A DNA stretch of 64,000 bases, taken from assembly GCA_963795475.1 (NCBI GenBank), contig CAWCIE010000012.1:324710-388709 (forward strand), written 5' to 3'. The stretch is from an uncultured Gammaproteobacteria bacterium (GTDB lineage Bacteria; Pseudomonadota; Gammaproteobacteria; Steroidobacterales; Steroidobacteraceae). The position numbers and the translations under genes are program-made. The first letter of the stretch is position 1. Each line of letters begins with the position of its first letter. Below, one piece after another: positions 7,783 through 20,842 of the stretch. Below the pieces are notes generated by a model. The model was not told the origin of the DNA. It made no database searches and was given only the letters and a program-made list of their open reading frames with translations.

Positions 7783-9960
7783 TCAGCGGCCGCGGGCGCG
7801 GCATAGATCCTCGAACCACGCATCGAAATCCCTGCGGGCCGACATGTCCTCCAGATTCGAGGAGAGCTTCCGTTGCCAGTTCGGGTATTCATGGTGAGTG
7901 CCCGGCACGTTCACGGGCTCGGTCATGCCGAGCAGGTCCTCGATTTGTATCGCGGCCAGTACCGCGCTCGAGCGCGCGAGGTAAGTGTGCAAGGCATGCG
8001 CAAGCTCCGGGGTGAATGGGTCGGCAGGGGATGCCGGAGATCCCGGCGCGAGCCCTTCCTCGGCGAGCGCTGCGAGCAAGGCCTCGCGATCCCGGGCGCG
8101 GGCCTCGCGGATGAGTCCCTCGACCTCCGCGGACGGGTACAGATCGAGACGTCGCCTGAGGTCGATGTCGCGTCCCTCCCAGAAGCTGCGCAAGGTCGGC
8201 ATATCGTGTGTGGTGACCGTCGCGAGCGCCTCTCGAACGAATTCCCCGGGGCCCCGGAACCTGCCGTTGTCCTTTTCGAACAGCAGCACCTTATAATGGT
8301 AGAGGCCGAATTCGGGCATGGCCCGGCGCATTTCGTCAGGAACCACGCCGAGATCCTCGCCCACCACCACGCAGGCGCGGCGTGCGCTTTCCAGCGAGAG
8401 CACGGTGAGGAGCTGGTGCAGCGGGTAATGCACGTAGGCGCCTTCCGTCGGCGACCGGCCCGCGGGCACCCACCACAGCCGGAACAGCGACATCACGTGA
8501 TCCAGCCGCAAAGCACCGTAGTAGCGCATGTTGTTGCGGAGCAGGCGCGAGAATCCCTGGAGGCGATCGGACTCCATGGCCGAAGGATCGGGCGCCGGCA
8601 AACCCCAGCCCTGACCTTTGAGGGCCAGTGGATCGGGGGGCGCGCCGACTTCGGCGCCCAGACGGAAGCCCGTCTGATCGACCCACGTCTCCGAGCCCGA
8701 CGGGTGGGTGCCGACCGCATAATCGCCGTACAGGCCGATGGGCATGCCGAGCTCGCGCGCAAGCGCCTGCGCCTCGGCGAGCTGCTCGTGGGCGAGCCAT
8801 TGAAGATACAGATGGAAGTCAATGCGCGAGGCGTTCTGCGCGGCGAACTGCGCCGCCGCCGGGCCCTGCGGATCCTTGAATTCTTGAGGCCAGCAGAGCC
8901 ATCCCGAGGCAGAGCCGTGCGCCGCGCACAGGTGCTCGTCGAGGGCATCGAAGCGGGCATGCAGCTCGAGCGGCGTGCCGCCGGCCGCCACGAAGCTCGC
9001 AAACGCCTCCGCCCGCTCGGTGCCGAGCGCCAGGTGCCGCTTGCGAAATTCTCGAAACAAGAGCTCCAGGATCTCCAATTTCACCTCGGCGACGCCCCGG
9101 TAGTCGACCAGCGGAGTGTCCCGAAGCGCCTGTAATCGGGCCGCAAACGCGGCGTCGCCGACTCGCGCGATCGATTCCGCGCTTTCCCGATACTCCGGCA
9201 CCGCCGGCACCGAGATGTACAGCACATTGAGGAAGTGCCGGTTGGAGGCGCTGTAGGGACTTGCCCTCTCGGGGTCGGCGGGCGCGAGCGCGTGCAGCGG
9301 ATTCAACCCGATGAATCCCGCCCCGTGCGGCGCCAGCCATCGGACCAAACCCTTCAAGTCGCCGAAGTCGCCGATGCCCCAGTTCTCGAGCGACCGCAGG
9401 GTGTACAGCTGTACGGCGACACCCCAGAACCTCCGTCCCTCGTGTATCGCAGGAGGCTCGTAGCACTTGGGAGGCGAAATCACGAGCGCGCAGCGGCTCG
9501 CCGTGCCGGAGCCAATACGCAATTCCAATTCGTGCCGCCCCGGAGGGAGCTCGATCGGCAGCTCGAAACGGCGGCGGGTGATCCACGAGCCGCCGACTTC
9601 GCCGCGCCACAGCTCGGGACAATCCGCCGTCGAATGAGTCCCGCTGCGCCGCCCTCCTTGCTCGACGTTCACGCTCCAGATCAGGCTCGAGCCGAATTCC
9701 CGGGCGCTGATGTTGAGGTCGACGCCGATGCGCGCGCTGTTGGAGGCGGCCACCGGGGGCAGGAGCGCACGCCCCCGCTTGTCCTCCAGGCGGGCGAGCT
9801 CCTCCGCCAGCGCCGCCGCATCGTCCACCGGCGAGCCCATGGCGCGCAAGATCGCCGCCTTGGTCTCGAGCGTGAAATGCTGCAGCTCGCCCCGGTAGTC
9901 GTGATATGCATCACCCACCCCGGAAAGCCTCGCCAAACGCTCGATCAAAGTCGCATTCAC
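7783..9960 (-). CDS. malQ: 4-alpha-glucanotransferase (amylomaltase), long MalQ type
   Basis: Track ORF 7783..10578, trimmed to the GTG at 9960 (VNATLIERLARLSGVGDAYHDYRGE...). The body contains ...WGVAVQLYTLRS..NWGIGDFGDL...GLNPLHA...SPYSASNRHFLN. The longer ORF would overlap glgX. The glgX stop lies 2 nt upstream. Confidence 0.9.
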   Translation of the reverse strand: MNATLIERLARLSGVGDAYHDYRGELQHFTLETKAAILRAMGSPVDDAAALAEELARLEDKRGRALLPPVAASNSARIGVDLNISAREFGSSLIWSVNVEQGGRRSGTHSTADCPELWRGEVGGSWITRRRFELPIELPPGRHELELRIGSGTASRCALVISPPKCYEPPAIHEGRRFWGVAVQLYTLRSLENWGIGDFGDLKGLVRWLAPHGAGFIGLNPLHALAPADPERASPYSASNRHFLNVLYISVPAVPEYRESAESIARVGDAAFAARLQALRDTPLVDYRGVAEVKLEILELLFREFRKRHLALGTERAEAFASFVAAGGTPLELHARFDALDEHLCAAHGSASGWLCWPQEFKDPQGPAAAQFAAQNASRIDFHLYLQWLAHEQLAEAQALARELGMPIGLYGDYAVGTHPSGSETWVDQTGFRLGAEVGAPPDPLALKGQGWGLPAPDPSAMESDRLQGFSRLLRNNMRYYGALRLDHVMSLFRLWWVPAGRSPTEGAYVHYPLHQLLTVLSLESARRACVVVGEDLGVVPDEMRRAMPEFGLYHYKVLLFEKDNGRFRGPGEFVREALATVTTHDMPTLRSFWEGRDIDLRRRLDLYPSAEVEGLIREARARDREALLAALAEEGLAPGSPASPADPFTPELAHALHTYLARSSAVLAAIQIEDLLGMTEPVNVPGTHHEYPNWQRKLSSNLEDMSARRDFDAWFEDLCRARGR

Positions 9961-9962
9961 GG

Positions 9963-11953
<1,991 letters not shown>

Positions 11954-12026
11954 CGACGCATTATGTGAATTCGGCCGGCGGAATCCGTGATCTGCGTCGC
12001 GGGACGACTGGCGCGAGGTTCTTGGG

Positions 12027-14507
12027 TCAAATCACGGGTCTCACGTTCCAAATCCGGTCCGCATACTCGCGGACACTCCGGTCGCTGGAGAAATAGCCCA
12101 TATTCAAGCAATTGAGCACCGCCTTGCGGCTCCATTCGTCCTCTTTGCCGTACAGGCCGTCCGCACGGGCATGGGCGGCCGCGTAGGCGGCGAAATCGGC
12201 GAGCACCAGGAACGGCTCCCCTTCGCTCTTGAGCCGCTGCACCACCGCCTTGGCGTCTTCCCCTCCATCCGTCGAGAAATGCCCGGAGTCGATCATGTCC
12301 AGCGCCGCACGAAGCTCCGGGTTGCCGTCCAGCTCGCGCCAGGGTTGATATCCGGCGGTGCGTCTCGCCGCCGCCTCGTCTGCGGTCAACCCGAAGATGA
12401 AGATGTTCTCCGCGCCGACGTGATCACGGATCTCGATGTTGGCCCCGTCCAGCGTACCGATGGTGAGCGCACCCGAGAGCGCGAGTTTCATGTTGCCGGT
12501 TCCCGAGGCCTCCATGCCGGCCGTGGAGATCTGCTGCGAAAGATCCGCGGCCGGCATGATCTTCTGGGCGAGCGATACGTCGTAATCCGGCAGGAACACC
12601 ACGGTGAGCTTTCCGCGCGCGGCCGGGTCCCCGTTGATCGTGCGCGCCACGTTGTTGATGAGTTTCACCACGGACTTCGCCATCGCATATCCTGGTGCCG
12701 CCTTGCCCGCGAATATGACCGTCCGCGGCACGACATCCGCACCCGGATCCTCGAGGATCCTCAGGTAGCGCGTCACCACGTGCAGGAGATTCAAGAGTTG
12801 CCGCTTGTACTCGTGAATGCGCTTGACCTGCACGTCGAACAGCGAATCGATTCCGATCTCCACACCGGTGCGCCGCCGCACCTCCTCGGCCAATTTCTGC
12901 TTGTTCGAGCGCTTGATGCCTCGGAAATGCCGGCGGAACTCGGGATCATCCGCCGCTCCCAGCAGCCGTCCGATCTCTTCCAGATCGTTCTCCCAGGCGG
13001 AGCCCAAATGCTGCGTGAGCAGCGCCGACAGCCCGGGGTTCGATTGCTTCAGCCAGCGGCGCACCGCGATGCCGTTGGTCACGTTGACGAATCGATCGGG
13101 GCAGACTTCGGCAAAACCCGAAAACACGCTTCGGCGCATGAGCTCGGTGTGCAGCTGCGCGACACCGTTGACGTGATGGCTGCCGATCACGGCGAGATGC
13201 GCCATCCGCACCCGCCGCTCGCCGTCCTCGGTGATGATCGACAGGCGCCGCTCGAGATCCGCATCGCGCCCCCGGCGCGCCGCCAGATCCTGCAGGAAAT
13301 CGCGGTTGATCGCGTAGATGATCTCGAGGTGCCGGGGGAGCAAACGCTCGATCATGGCGACCGGCCATGTCTCCAGCGCTTCGGGAAGCAAGGTATGATT
13401 GGTATAGGCGAACACCCGCGTCGTGATCGACCAGCTCTCCGCCCAGTTGCGGCCGTGCTCGTCGACGAGCAGACGCAGAAGCTCGGGAATCGCCAGCGCG
13501 GGATGCGTATCGTTCAGCTGAATGGCGACCGCATCGGGCAAGGACTCGAGCGTTCGGCCCTCTCCGAGATGGTTCGAGAGAATGTCCTGCAAGCTCGCGC
13601 TCACGAAGAAGTACTGCTGCTTCAGGCGCAGCTCCCGGCCCTGCGGGGTGGAATCGTCGGGGTAGAGAACCCGCGACAGGTTCTTGGCGTCGATTTGTTC
13701 GCGCACGGCGGCGTTGTAGTCGCCCGCGTTGAACGCCTCGATGTGAAACGGCGTGACGGCGCGCCCCGACCAGAGGCGCAGGTGATTGACGGTCGGGCTG
13801 CGGTTGCCCGGGATCAACTGGTCGAAGCCGATGGCGTAGATGTCCTCCGTCCCCACCCATCGATGCGCGTCGGTGACCTTCGCGGAAGCGTCGGCCTCGC
13901 TCCGCCCTCCGAATCGCACCATGTAGCGCACGATGCCGCGCGGCGTCTCCCACACATTCCGGAGCCTGAGCCAGGTGCTCGCGATCTCGCGCTGGCCGCC
14001 GTCCGCCCCGATCACCTGGGTGAAGATCCCATAGTCGTAGCGAATTCCGTACCCGACCGCCGGGTAGCGCAGCGTCGCCATCGAATCGAGGAAACAGGCG
14101 GCGAGCCGGCCCAATCCGCCGTTGCCCAAGCCCGGGTCCGGCTCTTGCGCCTCGATCTCCTCGAAATCGTGGCCCATATCCTTGAGCGTCGCACGCGCCT
14201 CGTGAACGAGGTCGCCGTCGAGGCTGTGCAGCGCGTTCAGCAGCGAGCGGCCGGGCAGGAATTCGACCGAGAGATAGCACACGCGCTTGACACGTGCGTC
14301 CGCGACGCGCCGCTGCGTCGAGAGCCAACGCAGCATCAACTCCTCGCGGACCGCCAAGGAAAGTGCGTCGTAGATATCGCGAGCATCGGCCTGGTGAGGC
14401 GTCTTGCCCAGCGTGCGGGTGAGCCGGTCGACGAGCGCCGCGTACAACCCGCCGGCTTTGAGCGCGACGCCGCGAGCCGCCGCCGACGGAGGATCATATA
14501 CATCCAT
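12027..14507 (-). CDS. glgP: Glycogen/maltodextrin phosphorylase
   Basis: 826 aa. Signatures include ...YLSVEFLPGRSL..., ...GLGNGGLGRLAACFLDS... and the PLP-site region ...EASGTGNMKLALSGALTIGTLDGANIEI. Confidence 0.95.
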   Translation of the reverse strand: MDVYDPPSAAARGVALKAGGLYAALVDRLTRTLGKTPHQADARDIYDALSLAVREELMLRWLSTQRRVADARVKRVCYLSVEFLPGRSLLNALHSLDGDLVHEARATLKDMGHDFEEIEAQEPDPGLGNGGLGRLAACFLDSMATLRYPAVGYGIRYDYGIFTQVIGADGGQREIASTWLRLRNVWETPRGIVRYMVRFGGRSEADASAKVTDAHRWVGTEDIYAIGFDQLIPGNRSPTVNHLRLWSGRAVTPFHIEAFNAGDYNAAVREQIDAKNLSRVLYPDDSTPQGRELRLKQQYFFVSASLQDILSNHLGEGRTLESLPDAVAIQLNDTHPALAIPELLRLLVDEHGRNWAESWSITTRVFAYTNHTLLPEALETWPVAMIERLLPRHLEIIYAINRDFLQDLAARRGRDADLERRLSIITEDGERRVRMAHLAVIGSHHVNGVAQLHTELMRRSVFSGFAEVCPDRFVNVTNGIAVRRWLKQSNPGLSALLTQHLGSAWENDLEEIGRLLGAADDPEFRRHFRGIKRSNKQKLAEEVRRRTGVEIGIDSLFDVQVKRIHEYKRQLLNLLHVVTRYLRILEDPGADVVPRTVIFAGKAAPGYAMAKSVVKLINNVARTINGDPAARGKLTVVFLPDYDVSLAQKIMPAADLSQQISTAGMEASGTGNMKLALSGALTIGTLDGANIEIRDHVGAENIFIFGLTADEAAARRTAGYQPWRELDGNPELRAALDMIDSGHFSTDGGEDAKAVVQRLKSEGEPFLVLADFAAYAAAHARADGLYGKEDEWSRKAVLNCLNMGYFSSDRSVREYADRIWNVRPVI

Positions 14508-14551
14508 GGTGTAGTATAGATTATAGAGTTGTCAGTTCGGCAGGGAACCTC

Positions 14552-15139
14552 GTGCGCGTTAAGTCGGCTTCACTTGCCGAGACCTGGGCCGCGTTCTTGA
14601 CCGCGATCTGGATCGGGATCGCGGGCCTCGCGCTTGCGGGCTGCGCGACGCGGCCGGCGAATACGCCCGTCCCGCCCCCAGGGGCGAGCGTCGGGTCCGC
14701 CGAATCACCGAGCGGCACTCGACCGGCGCCGTCTACGGACGCGACGGACGCGGCGGCCGCGATGGTCGGGAGTGCGACGGCCATGCTCGGTCAACCCTAT
14801 CGATTCGGCGGCGCCGCGCCCGGGGGCTTCGATTGCAGCGGGCTGGTCGACTTTGCGGCGCGAAGTGCCGGTCTCGATCTTCCGCGAACGGCAAAGGACC
14901 AGCTGGCGAGCGGCGTGCATGTCGCGCGCCGCGAGATCGAGCCGGGAGATCTGGTGTTCATGCGCCTCGCCCACAAGGAGCTTCACGTGGGGATCGCAAT
15001 CGGCGGCGAGCGCTTCATTCATGCGCCCGCCAGCGGTGGACACGTGCGCATCGATTCGCTCGCGCGACCCCCCTACTCCGCCGGCTTCATCACCGCCCGG
15101 CGCGTGATCGGCGTCGGCGGCCACGCCTCCGGTCTCTGA
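14552..15139 (+). CDS. NlpC/P60 (C40) peptidoglycan peptidase lipoprotein
   Basis: GTG start. The lipobox is GLALAGC. The catalytic region is YRFGGAAPGGFDCSGLV...GDLVFM...HVGIAIGGERFIHAP. Confidence 0.85.
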   Translation: MRVKSASLAETWAAFLTAIWIGIAGLALAGCATRPANTPVPPPGASVGSAESPSGTRPAPSTDATDAAAAMVGSATAMLGQPYRFGGAAPGGFDCSGLVDFAARSAGLDLPRTAKDQLASGVHVARREIEPGDLVFMRLAHKELHVGIAIGGERFIHAPASGGHVRIDSLARPPYSAGFITARRVIGVGGHASGL

Positions 15140-15182
15140 CTCAAGTTGGTTATACTGCCGTCGCCCCTCAGAAGGAATCCGC

Positions 15183-15788
15183 ATGAAGCTTTATTTCAGT
15201 ACCGGCGCTTGCTCCCTCTCCCCGCGCATCGTCCTCATGGAGGCCGGAATACCCTTCACCGACGAGAAGGTCGATCTCAAATCCAAGAAGACCGCGAGCG
15301 GCGCCGACTTCTTCAGCATCAATTCCAAGGGAGCGGTACCCGCACTCGAATTGGACAACGGCCAGGTGCTGACCGAGGGAACCGCCATCGTTCAGTATCT
15401 GGCGGACCTCAGACCCGACTCGGGGCTGGCACCGCGCGCCGGGAGTTTCGAGCGCTACCGGCTGATGGAGATCTTGAACTTCATCGCTTCCGAGATGCAC
15501 AAGGGCTTCTCGCCGCTGTTCAAGGCCGACACGTCGGCGGACGTCCGCAAGAGCGCCGTCGACGTTCTAGGAAAGAGGCTCGATTGGCTGTCGGCGCATC
15601 TCGCGGGCAAGAAGTTCCTGATGGGTGAAACCTTCACCGTGGCGGATGCCTATCTCTTCACGGTCTTGCGATGGTCGGGGCTGGTGCACGTCGATCTGGC
15701 GCAGTGGCCGGTGCTGACGGCCTACGTCGCGCGGGTCGGCGAACGCCCCAAGGTGAAGGAGGCGCTGCACGCCGAGGGACTCAAGTAA
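15183..15788 (+). CDS. gstA: Glutathione S-transferase, GstA-like (beta class)
   Basis: 201 aa. MKLYFSTGACSLSPRIVLMEAGIPF...NSKGAVPALELDNGQVLTEGTAIVQYLAD closely parallels E. coli GstA as I remember it. Confidence 0.85.
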   Translation: MKLYFSTGACSLSPRIVLMEAGIPFTDEKVDLKSKKTASGADFFSINSKGAVPALELDNGQVLTEGTAIVQYLADLRPDSGLAPRAGSFERYRLMEILNFIASEMHKGFSPLFKADTSADVRKSAVDVLGKRLDWLSAHLAGKKFLMGETFTVADAYLFTVLRWSGLVHVDLAQWPVLTAYVARVGERPKVKEALHAEGLK

Positions 15789-17613
15789 GCGCGGCGTCCG
15801 GCAGAACATCGCCTGGGAGGACATCACTCGGGAGGGCATCGCCGGTAGTCGCCGTGGCGAACTGGAGCGACGCGAGTCGCGCATAGAGCGGGCTTCCCTG
15901 GAGAAGCTCGGCATGGGACCCGACCGCGATCTTGCGGCCGTGATCCATGACGATGATCCGGCCGGCTTTCAACACCGTCGCGAGTCGGTGCGCGATGATG
16001 ATGGTGGTTCGTCCCCGCATCAGCCGCTCGAGCGCCTCCTGCACGAGCCGCTCGGACTCCGCGTCGAGAGAGCTCGTGGCCTCATCCAGCAGGAGAATGG
16101 GCGGATCCTTCAGAATGGCCCTCGCCAACGCGATACGCTGCCGCTGGCCTCCCGAGAGGCGGGTCCCGCGTTCGCCGAGAAAGGTGTCGTACCCCTCGGG
16201 GAGCTTGCGCAGGAAGCCATCGGCGGCCGCGGCCACGGCGGCCGCCTCGACTTCCGCGTCGCCCGCGTCCGGTCGCCCGTAGCGAATGTTCTCGCGCGCC
16301 GTCGCGCCGAACAGCACCGTATCCTGAGGTACCAGGCCGATTTGCGCCCGGATGTCCTCGGGCCGCAACGCCGTCAGCGCGCGATCGTCGATGAGGATCC
16401 GGCCGGAGTTGGGATCGTAGAATCGGAGCAGCAGCTGAAATGCCGTGCTCTTCCCGGCGCCCGACGGCCCGACGAAGGCCACTGTCTCCCCGGGAGACAC
16501 GTCCAGGCTGAAGTTGCCGAGCGCCGCCGTGTCGGGCCGCGATGGATAGTGGAAGCTCACGTTGTCGAAACGAATGGCGCCGCGAATCCGCGGCGGCAAC
16601 TCGAGCGGCAGCGCGGGCGCGGTGATGGCGGGCCGAGCCTCGAGAAGCTCCGTCAGACGCTCCATGGCGCCCGCGGCACGCTGCAGCTCGCCCCACATCT
16701 CGGACAACGCCGCGGCGGAGCTGCCGACGAAGGCGGCGTACAGGATGAACTGGGCGAGCTGCCCCCCGGTCAGGGTTCCCGCGAGCACTTGATGCGCGCC
16801 GAGCCACAGTACGCACGTGATGGCGGTGAATACCATCACGATACCGACCGCGGTCAGCGCCGCGCGCACTCTGGTGCGGCGAACGGCGGCGGCGAAACTC
16901 TCCTCAACCGCCTTGCGATAACGCTCGCTTTGCAGATCCTCGAGTGTGAACGCCTGTACCGTCTGAATCGCGCTCAGGGTTTCGCCGGCGAGGCCGCTCG
17001 TGTCCGCGATGCGATCCTGGGATGCGCGGGACAGCCCGCGCACGCGGCGGCCGATCACGATCAACGGCACGACCACGACGGGCATCAACACCAGGATGAG
17101 TCCGGCGAGCTTGGCACTGGTCAACGTGAGCAGCACCAGCGCACCGATCAGGTTCAGGCCGGATCGAAGGATGATGGAGAGATTGACGCCGCAGATCGCC
17201 TGCACCAGCGTGGTGTCGGTGGTCAGACGCGACAGCACCTCGCCGACCCGGGTGCTCTCGAAGAACAAGGGATCCATTCGCACCACCCGCGAATAGACGG
17301 CGGCGCGAAGATCCGCGACCACCCGCTCCCCCAGCCATGTGACCAGATAGAACCGCAATGCCGCGAACACCGCGAACACCGCGCCCGCGGCGAGAAAGGC
17401 CGCGAAAATTCGATTCGTGGTGCCGGCATCCCTGGCGGCGAGCACGTCGATGACTCGCCGCAGCGCGAAGGGCAGCGCCAGCATGGCGCCGGCCGCCACC
17501 AAGAGCGCGCCGATCGCCGCAGCCGCGATACCCCGGTACGGCCGCATGAACGGCAGCAAGGTTCTGAGCGGAGCGAAGGAATTCGAGCGCGGGCGATCGG
17601 AGGTGCTGGCCAT
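15781..17613 (-). CDS. ABC exporter, fused permease-ATPase (ABCB/MsbA-like)
   Basis: The N-terminal half has six transmembrane segments. Walker A is GPSGAGKST, the signature is LSGGQRQR and Walker B is ILLLDEATSSLD. The C-terminal tail GDALPSDVLPGDVLPDAALT comes from a degenerate 15-nt periodicity. The 3' end overlaps gstA by 8 nt (convergent). Confidence 0.9.
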   Translation of the reverse strand: MASTSDRPRSNSFAPLRTLLPFMRPYRGIAAAAIGALLVAAGAMLALPFALRRVIDVLAARDAGTTNRIFAAFLAAGAVFAVFAALRFYLVTWLGERVVADLRAAVYSRVVRMDPLFFESTRVGEVLSRLTTDTTLVQAICGVNLSIILRSGLNLIGALVLLTLTSAKLAGLILVLMPVVVVPLIVIGRRVRGLSRASQDRIADTSGLAGETLSAIQTVQAFTLEDLQSERYRKAVEESFAAAVRRTRVRAALTAVGIVMVFTAITCVLWLGAHQVLAGTLTGGQLAQFILYAAFVGSSAAALSEMWGELQRAAGAMERLTELLEARPAITAPALPLELPPRIRGAIRFDNVSFHYPSRPDTAALGNFSLDVSPGETVAFVGPSGAGKSTAFQLLLRFYDPNSGRILIDDRALTALRPEDIRAQIGLVPQDTVLFGATARENIRYGRPDAGDAEVEAAAVAAAADGFLRKLPEGYDTFLGERGTRLSGGQRQRIALARAILKDPPILLLDEATSSLDAESERLVQEALERLMRGRTTIIIAHRLATVLKAGRIIVMDHGRKIAVGSHAELLQGSPLYARLASLQFATATTGDALPSDVLPGDVLPDAALT

Positions 17614-17718
17614 GCCGGCATGATCCCATAAGTCGATCGGCGCCGCGCAGACGCCCTGCGGGCCGCATCGTCTCGGACCCGTTTGCGGAAGCGCGTTGGC
17701 GGATCCGCCGGTCGCGGC

Positions 17719-20265
17719 TCAATGGTGATAGGTGAACGTGACGCCGAACGTACGCGGCCGGAACGTATAGCCGCGCAGCAGGCGGCTGTACTCGCTGCCG
17801 TTCGCGGCCGTTAGCGGCACCGACCAGTCGTAGTTGGTCAGCGGATGGGTGTCCGCGAGGTTGTCGATGAAGGGCTCGATGGAAAGATCTCCGAACGACA
17901 TGCCCGCGCGGAAAGACAAGTAGCTGGTCGAAGGCAGGGTGAAGTCGTCCGGATCGTACTGGTCGTTGTTTCTCGGGTCCTGCGTGGGCGGCAGCCATTT
18001 GGAGCGCGCCTGGTATTCCCAGTCCAGACGCGCGAAGGAGTCATGCTGCGCGAGGTGGAAGTGGTATTCCAAGCCTGCGGCGAGGGTGGCCGGCGGATTG
18101 GGCTGGCCGCTCACCCCGGTGATGGCGTCTCCGGACGACGCGAGCACGCCCCCGTCCTGGGGGGATAGGACGGTCTTCGTCAGGCGCGCGTCGGTGTAGC
18201 CGGCGGCCAGCTGGGCGCTGAGCGAGTCGGTGGCTGCCCACTCGATCTGGATGTCGCCGCCTTTTGCCACCGCGTCGCCGAGATTGGTCACGTAGGTGAG
18301 CTCGCACACCGGCACCTCGACGTTCTGTTGGATGCCGCGCCACATGATGTAATACAAGCTGGCGGCGATCCTCAGCCGGCCGGCGATGTTGTCCTTGGTG
18401 CCCACCTCGAAGCTGTCCAGGTGGTCGGAGCCGTAGGTCGCGGGCGTGGTCACGCCCGGCGGGAACTGGCAGGCCGCCGCCGGCAGCGGATTGTTGCCGC
18501 CGCCCGGCCGGAAGCCCTTGGAATAGGTGGCATAGACCATGTCGGCCGGGGTGAACTGGTAGGTGAGGTTGACCTTGGGCGTGAAGGCGTTCTCGGTGGT
18601 GCTGTGATAGTCGGCGGTCGTGGGGGCGAAGAGCTGCGGGCCACCGGTGACCGACTGGATCGAGGCGAACGTGTGCGACTCGCGCAGGCCGACGGTGGCC
18701 TTCAGGGTGTCGGTGAAGGAGTACGTGGCCTCGCCGTACCACGCGTACTGCTTGTCGGTCGCATGGGTGTTCAGGAAGTACGAGTCCGTGGGATAGGCGG
18801 GGTCATAGCCCAGGGGAATGTAGGTATTGCCGCCGTCGAGCGAATAGGAGAAGGCGTTGGGGAAAGTGTCGCCGAACGCCGCCTCCGTGAACTCCTCCAG
18901 CAGCGGATCGTGGATCTGCTCCAGATAGAACTGCCGGTTTTCGGAGAAGAACAGGCCCGTGGTCCATACCAGCGTGGCGTTCGGATCGCTGGAGACCAAG
19001 CGCACCTCTTGGACGATGTTCTCCTGGTCGTTGTCGATCGAGGCCGGCGACCGGTAGTTCTCGGCGCCAGGAGGAAGGTGGATGCCGGTGCCGTCGATGA
19101 AGGGGAAAGGCACGCCCGGCTGCAACGTTTCCCAGCCGCCGGCCTGTAGCGGATTCCCTTTCGAGTCCTGGTACGGGAAGATCGAGTAGAAGCCGAGGTT
19201 GTACTCGGTGCCGTCGTAGCCGGTCTGCTCGTCGCGGTGATAGAACGAGGTGTTGGAGATGAGGCGGAAGGCGCCGAAGTCGCCCTCGATCTTCAGCGAC
19301 GGCAGATAGAACTCGTCCGGCATCTGGCGCAGCGTGGGATCGCCGTTGATAGTACTGGTTGTTCGCGCCGTTCGACGAGTTCACCCAGAAGGCGTCCGTG
19401 TTGTGCCGGTCCAGTTTCTGAAAGTAGATGCTCGGCGTCGCCGACCAGGTATCGTTCAGTGCCCACAGGAACGCCAGCCGCCCGAGGTAGGTGGCATTGT
19501 AATTGGCGTTCGTCTCCGTGATGGCGGGATCGATGGTCGTGGGCGTGGTGGTGTCGATCCAGCCGCCGTCGCGGCGGTACCACAGCGTCAGCGCGCGCAC
19601 CGAGCGCGCCGTCGACCAGCGGGCCGCCCACCGCGGCGCCGGCCTCGTAGCTCGGCGCGCCGCCCTGGGTGTAATCGAATTCGCTGCGCGCATCGATGGA
19701 GGTCTTGGTGAGGCTGGGCTGCGCCGTGATGTAGCGCACCGTACCGCCCTCCGAGCCGGCGCCGAACAGCGTGCCCTGCGGACCGCGCAGCACCTCCACG
19801 CGATCGATGTCGAACATCTTGGGCACCTCCTCGTCCGGGTTGAAGGCGAGGGCGCGCATCTGGATGGGCGTGTCGTCGATGTAGATGCCGGTGGTGCCCG
19901 AGCCGCCGGAGGAGGAGATGCCGCGGATGGAGATGTTGTTCGTGCCCGAGGTGTCGATGGTCAGCCCCGGGCGTGAAGCGGGCGATGCCCTGGATGTCCT
20001 TGATGCCCCTCGTCTCCATGTCGGCGGCGCTGATGGCGGTGATGCTGATGGGCACCTTGCTGGCGCTCTCCTCGCGGCGGGTTGCCGTGACCGTCACTTC
20101 CTGCAGCATCGGGCCCTGGTCCGCGCTGGCAGTTGACGCAGAGGCGTCCGCTGCCAGCGCGGCGGGAATGCGAAGGGCCAAGAGGAACAGCGCGGCGTAC
20201 GCGGCGGCGTACACGGGGCGGCCTGGTCGAGCGTTCGGGGAGGGGCGGGTGTGCGCCGGCATCAT
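17719..20265 (-). pseudogene. TonB-dependent receptor with at least three frame breaks
   Basis: The homology to the intact paralog (21255..23834) runs through four track ORFs in different frames.
- Signal and plug domain (MMPAHTRP...VTVTATRREESASKVPISITA...ARFTPG), up to ~19968, where the plus-strand run is CCCCGGG.
- LTIDTSGTNNISIRG...MRALAFNPDEE...RVEVLRGPQGTLFG, up to ~19595, a (GC)n tract.
- RALTLWYRRDGGWIDTT...FWVNSSNGANNQYY, up to ~19350.
- INGDPTLRQMPDEFYLPSLKIEG...RPRTFGVTFTYHH. Confidence 0.85.
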
Positions 20266-20522
20266 GGATCTCCGCAACGGGCGAAGGAAATGGCGAGGCT
20301 TGGGAAAAGCGATGCTAAGCACTGCGGCACGGTCCGACTCGTGATGCGCGGCGTGTCGCTCTTGGCGCCAAATCGTGGCTTCGCAGACAAGTGCAGCCGG
20401 CAATTGGTGTGCGGCTTTCGTGGTGCCGTTGCATTGTATCCCTTGACGCCTGACGGCTGGTCTGCACGTGGCGCTGCAGCTACCGTAAGGCGCGGCGGCG
20501 GCGCGTGTCAAGCCGGAGCCTC

Positions 20523-20830
20523 TTCCAACGGCATAGGAGGGTGAAGGAGGGGCCGTGTTTCCAACGGCATAGGAGGCTGAGCGAGGGGGGTTTTAGATCG
20601 ATCATCGAAGGATGATCATCGATGAACGAAACGAAGCTCGCGACCCTGGAGCAGATTCGCGAATTTCTGGGGGGGACCTCAGCAATCGGTTCTACATCGA
20701 CGCCGTGAACCCTTACTTGAACTTCCACCGATTCTGTTACTTCGCCGTCGACACCATCGATGCAAAGGGATCGATGCAAAGGGCAAAATTAGAAAGCCCT
20801 GCCCGCACAATCAAATAAAAAAAACCCGGC
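20523..20830 (+). mobile_element. Internally deleted transposase/integrase gene remnant (IS scar) in an AT-rich patch
   Basis: - ATG 20622 gives MNETKLATLEQIREFLGG, and the frame then changes at a G7 run (20669-20675).
- The sequence continues DLSNRFYIDAVNPYLNFHRFCYFAVDTIDAKG. From memory, NPYLNFHRxC is a C-terminal motif of rve-type IS transposases.
- The 18-nt direct repeat TTCCAACGGCATAGGAGG lies at 20523-20540 and 20559-20576.
- TCGATGCAAAGGG(A) is tandemly duplicated at 20757-20783.
- An A8 run lies at 20816-20823.
- No intact transposase is present. Confidence 0.5.
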
Positions 20831-20842
20831 AACAACTGCAAT

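Noticed and set aside
12171-14519. 782-aa plus-strand ORF
   Set aside because: It lies antisense to the unmistakable glgP gene. The same reasoning applies to 15913..17631 (antisense to the ABC exporter), 39022..40689 and 41682..42410 (antisense to TPR genes), and 44325..45983, 46400..47575, 51074..53035 and 55086..56843.
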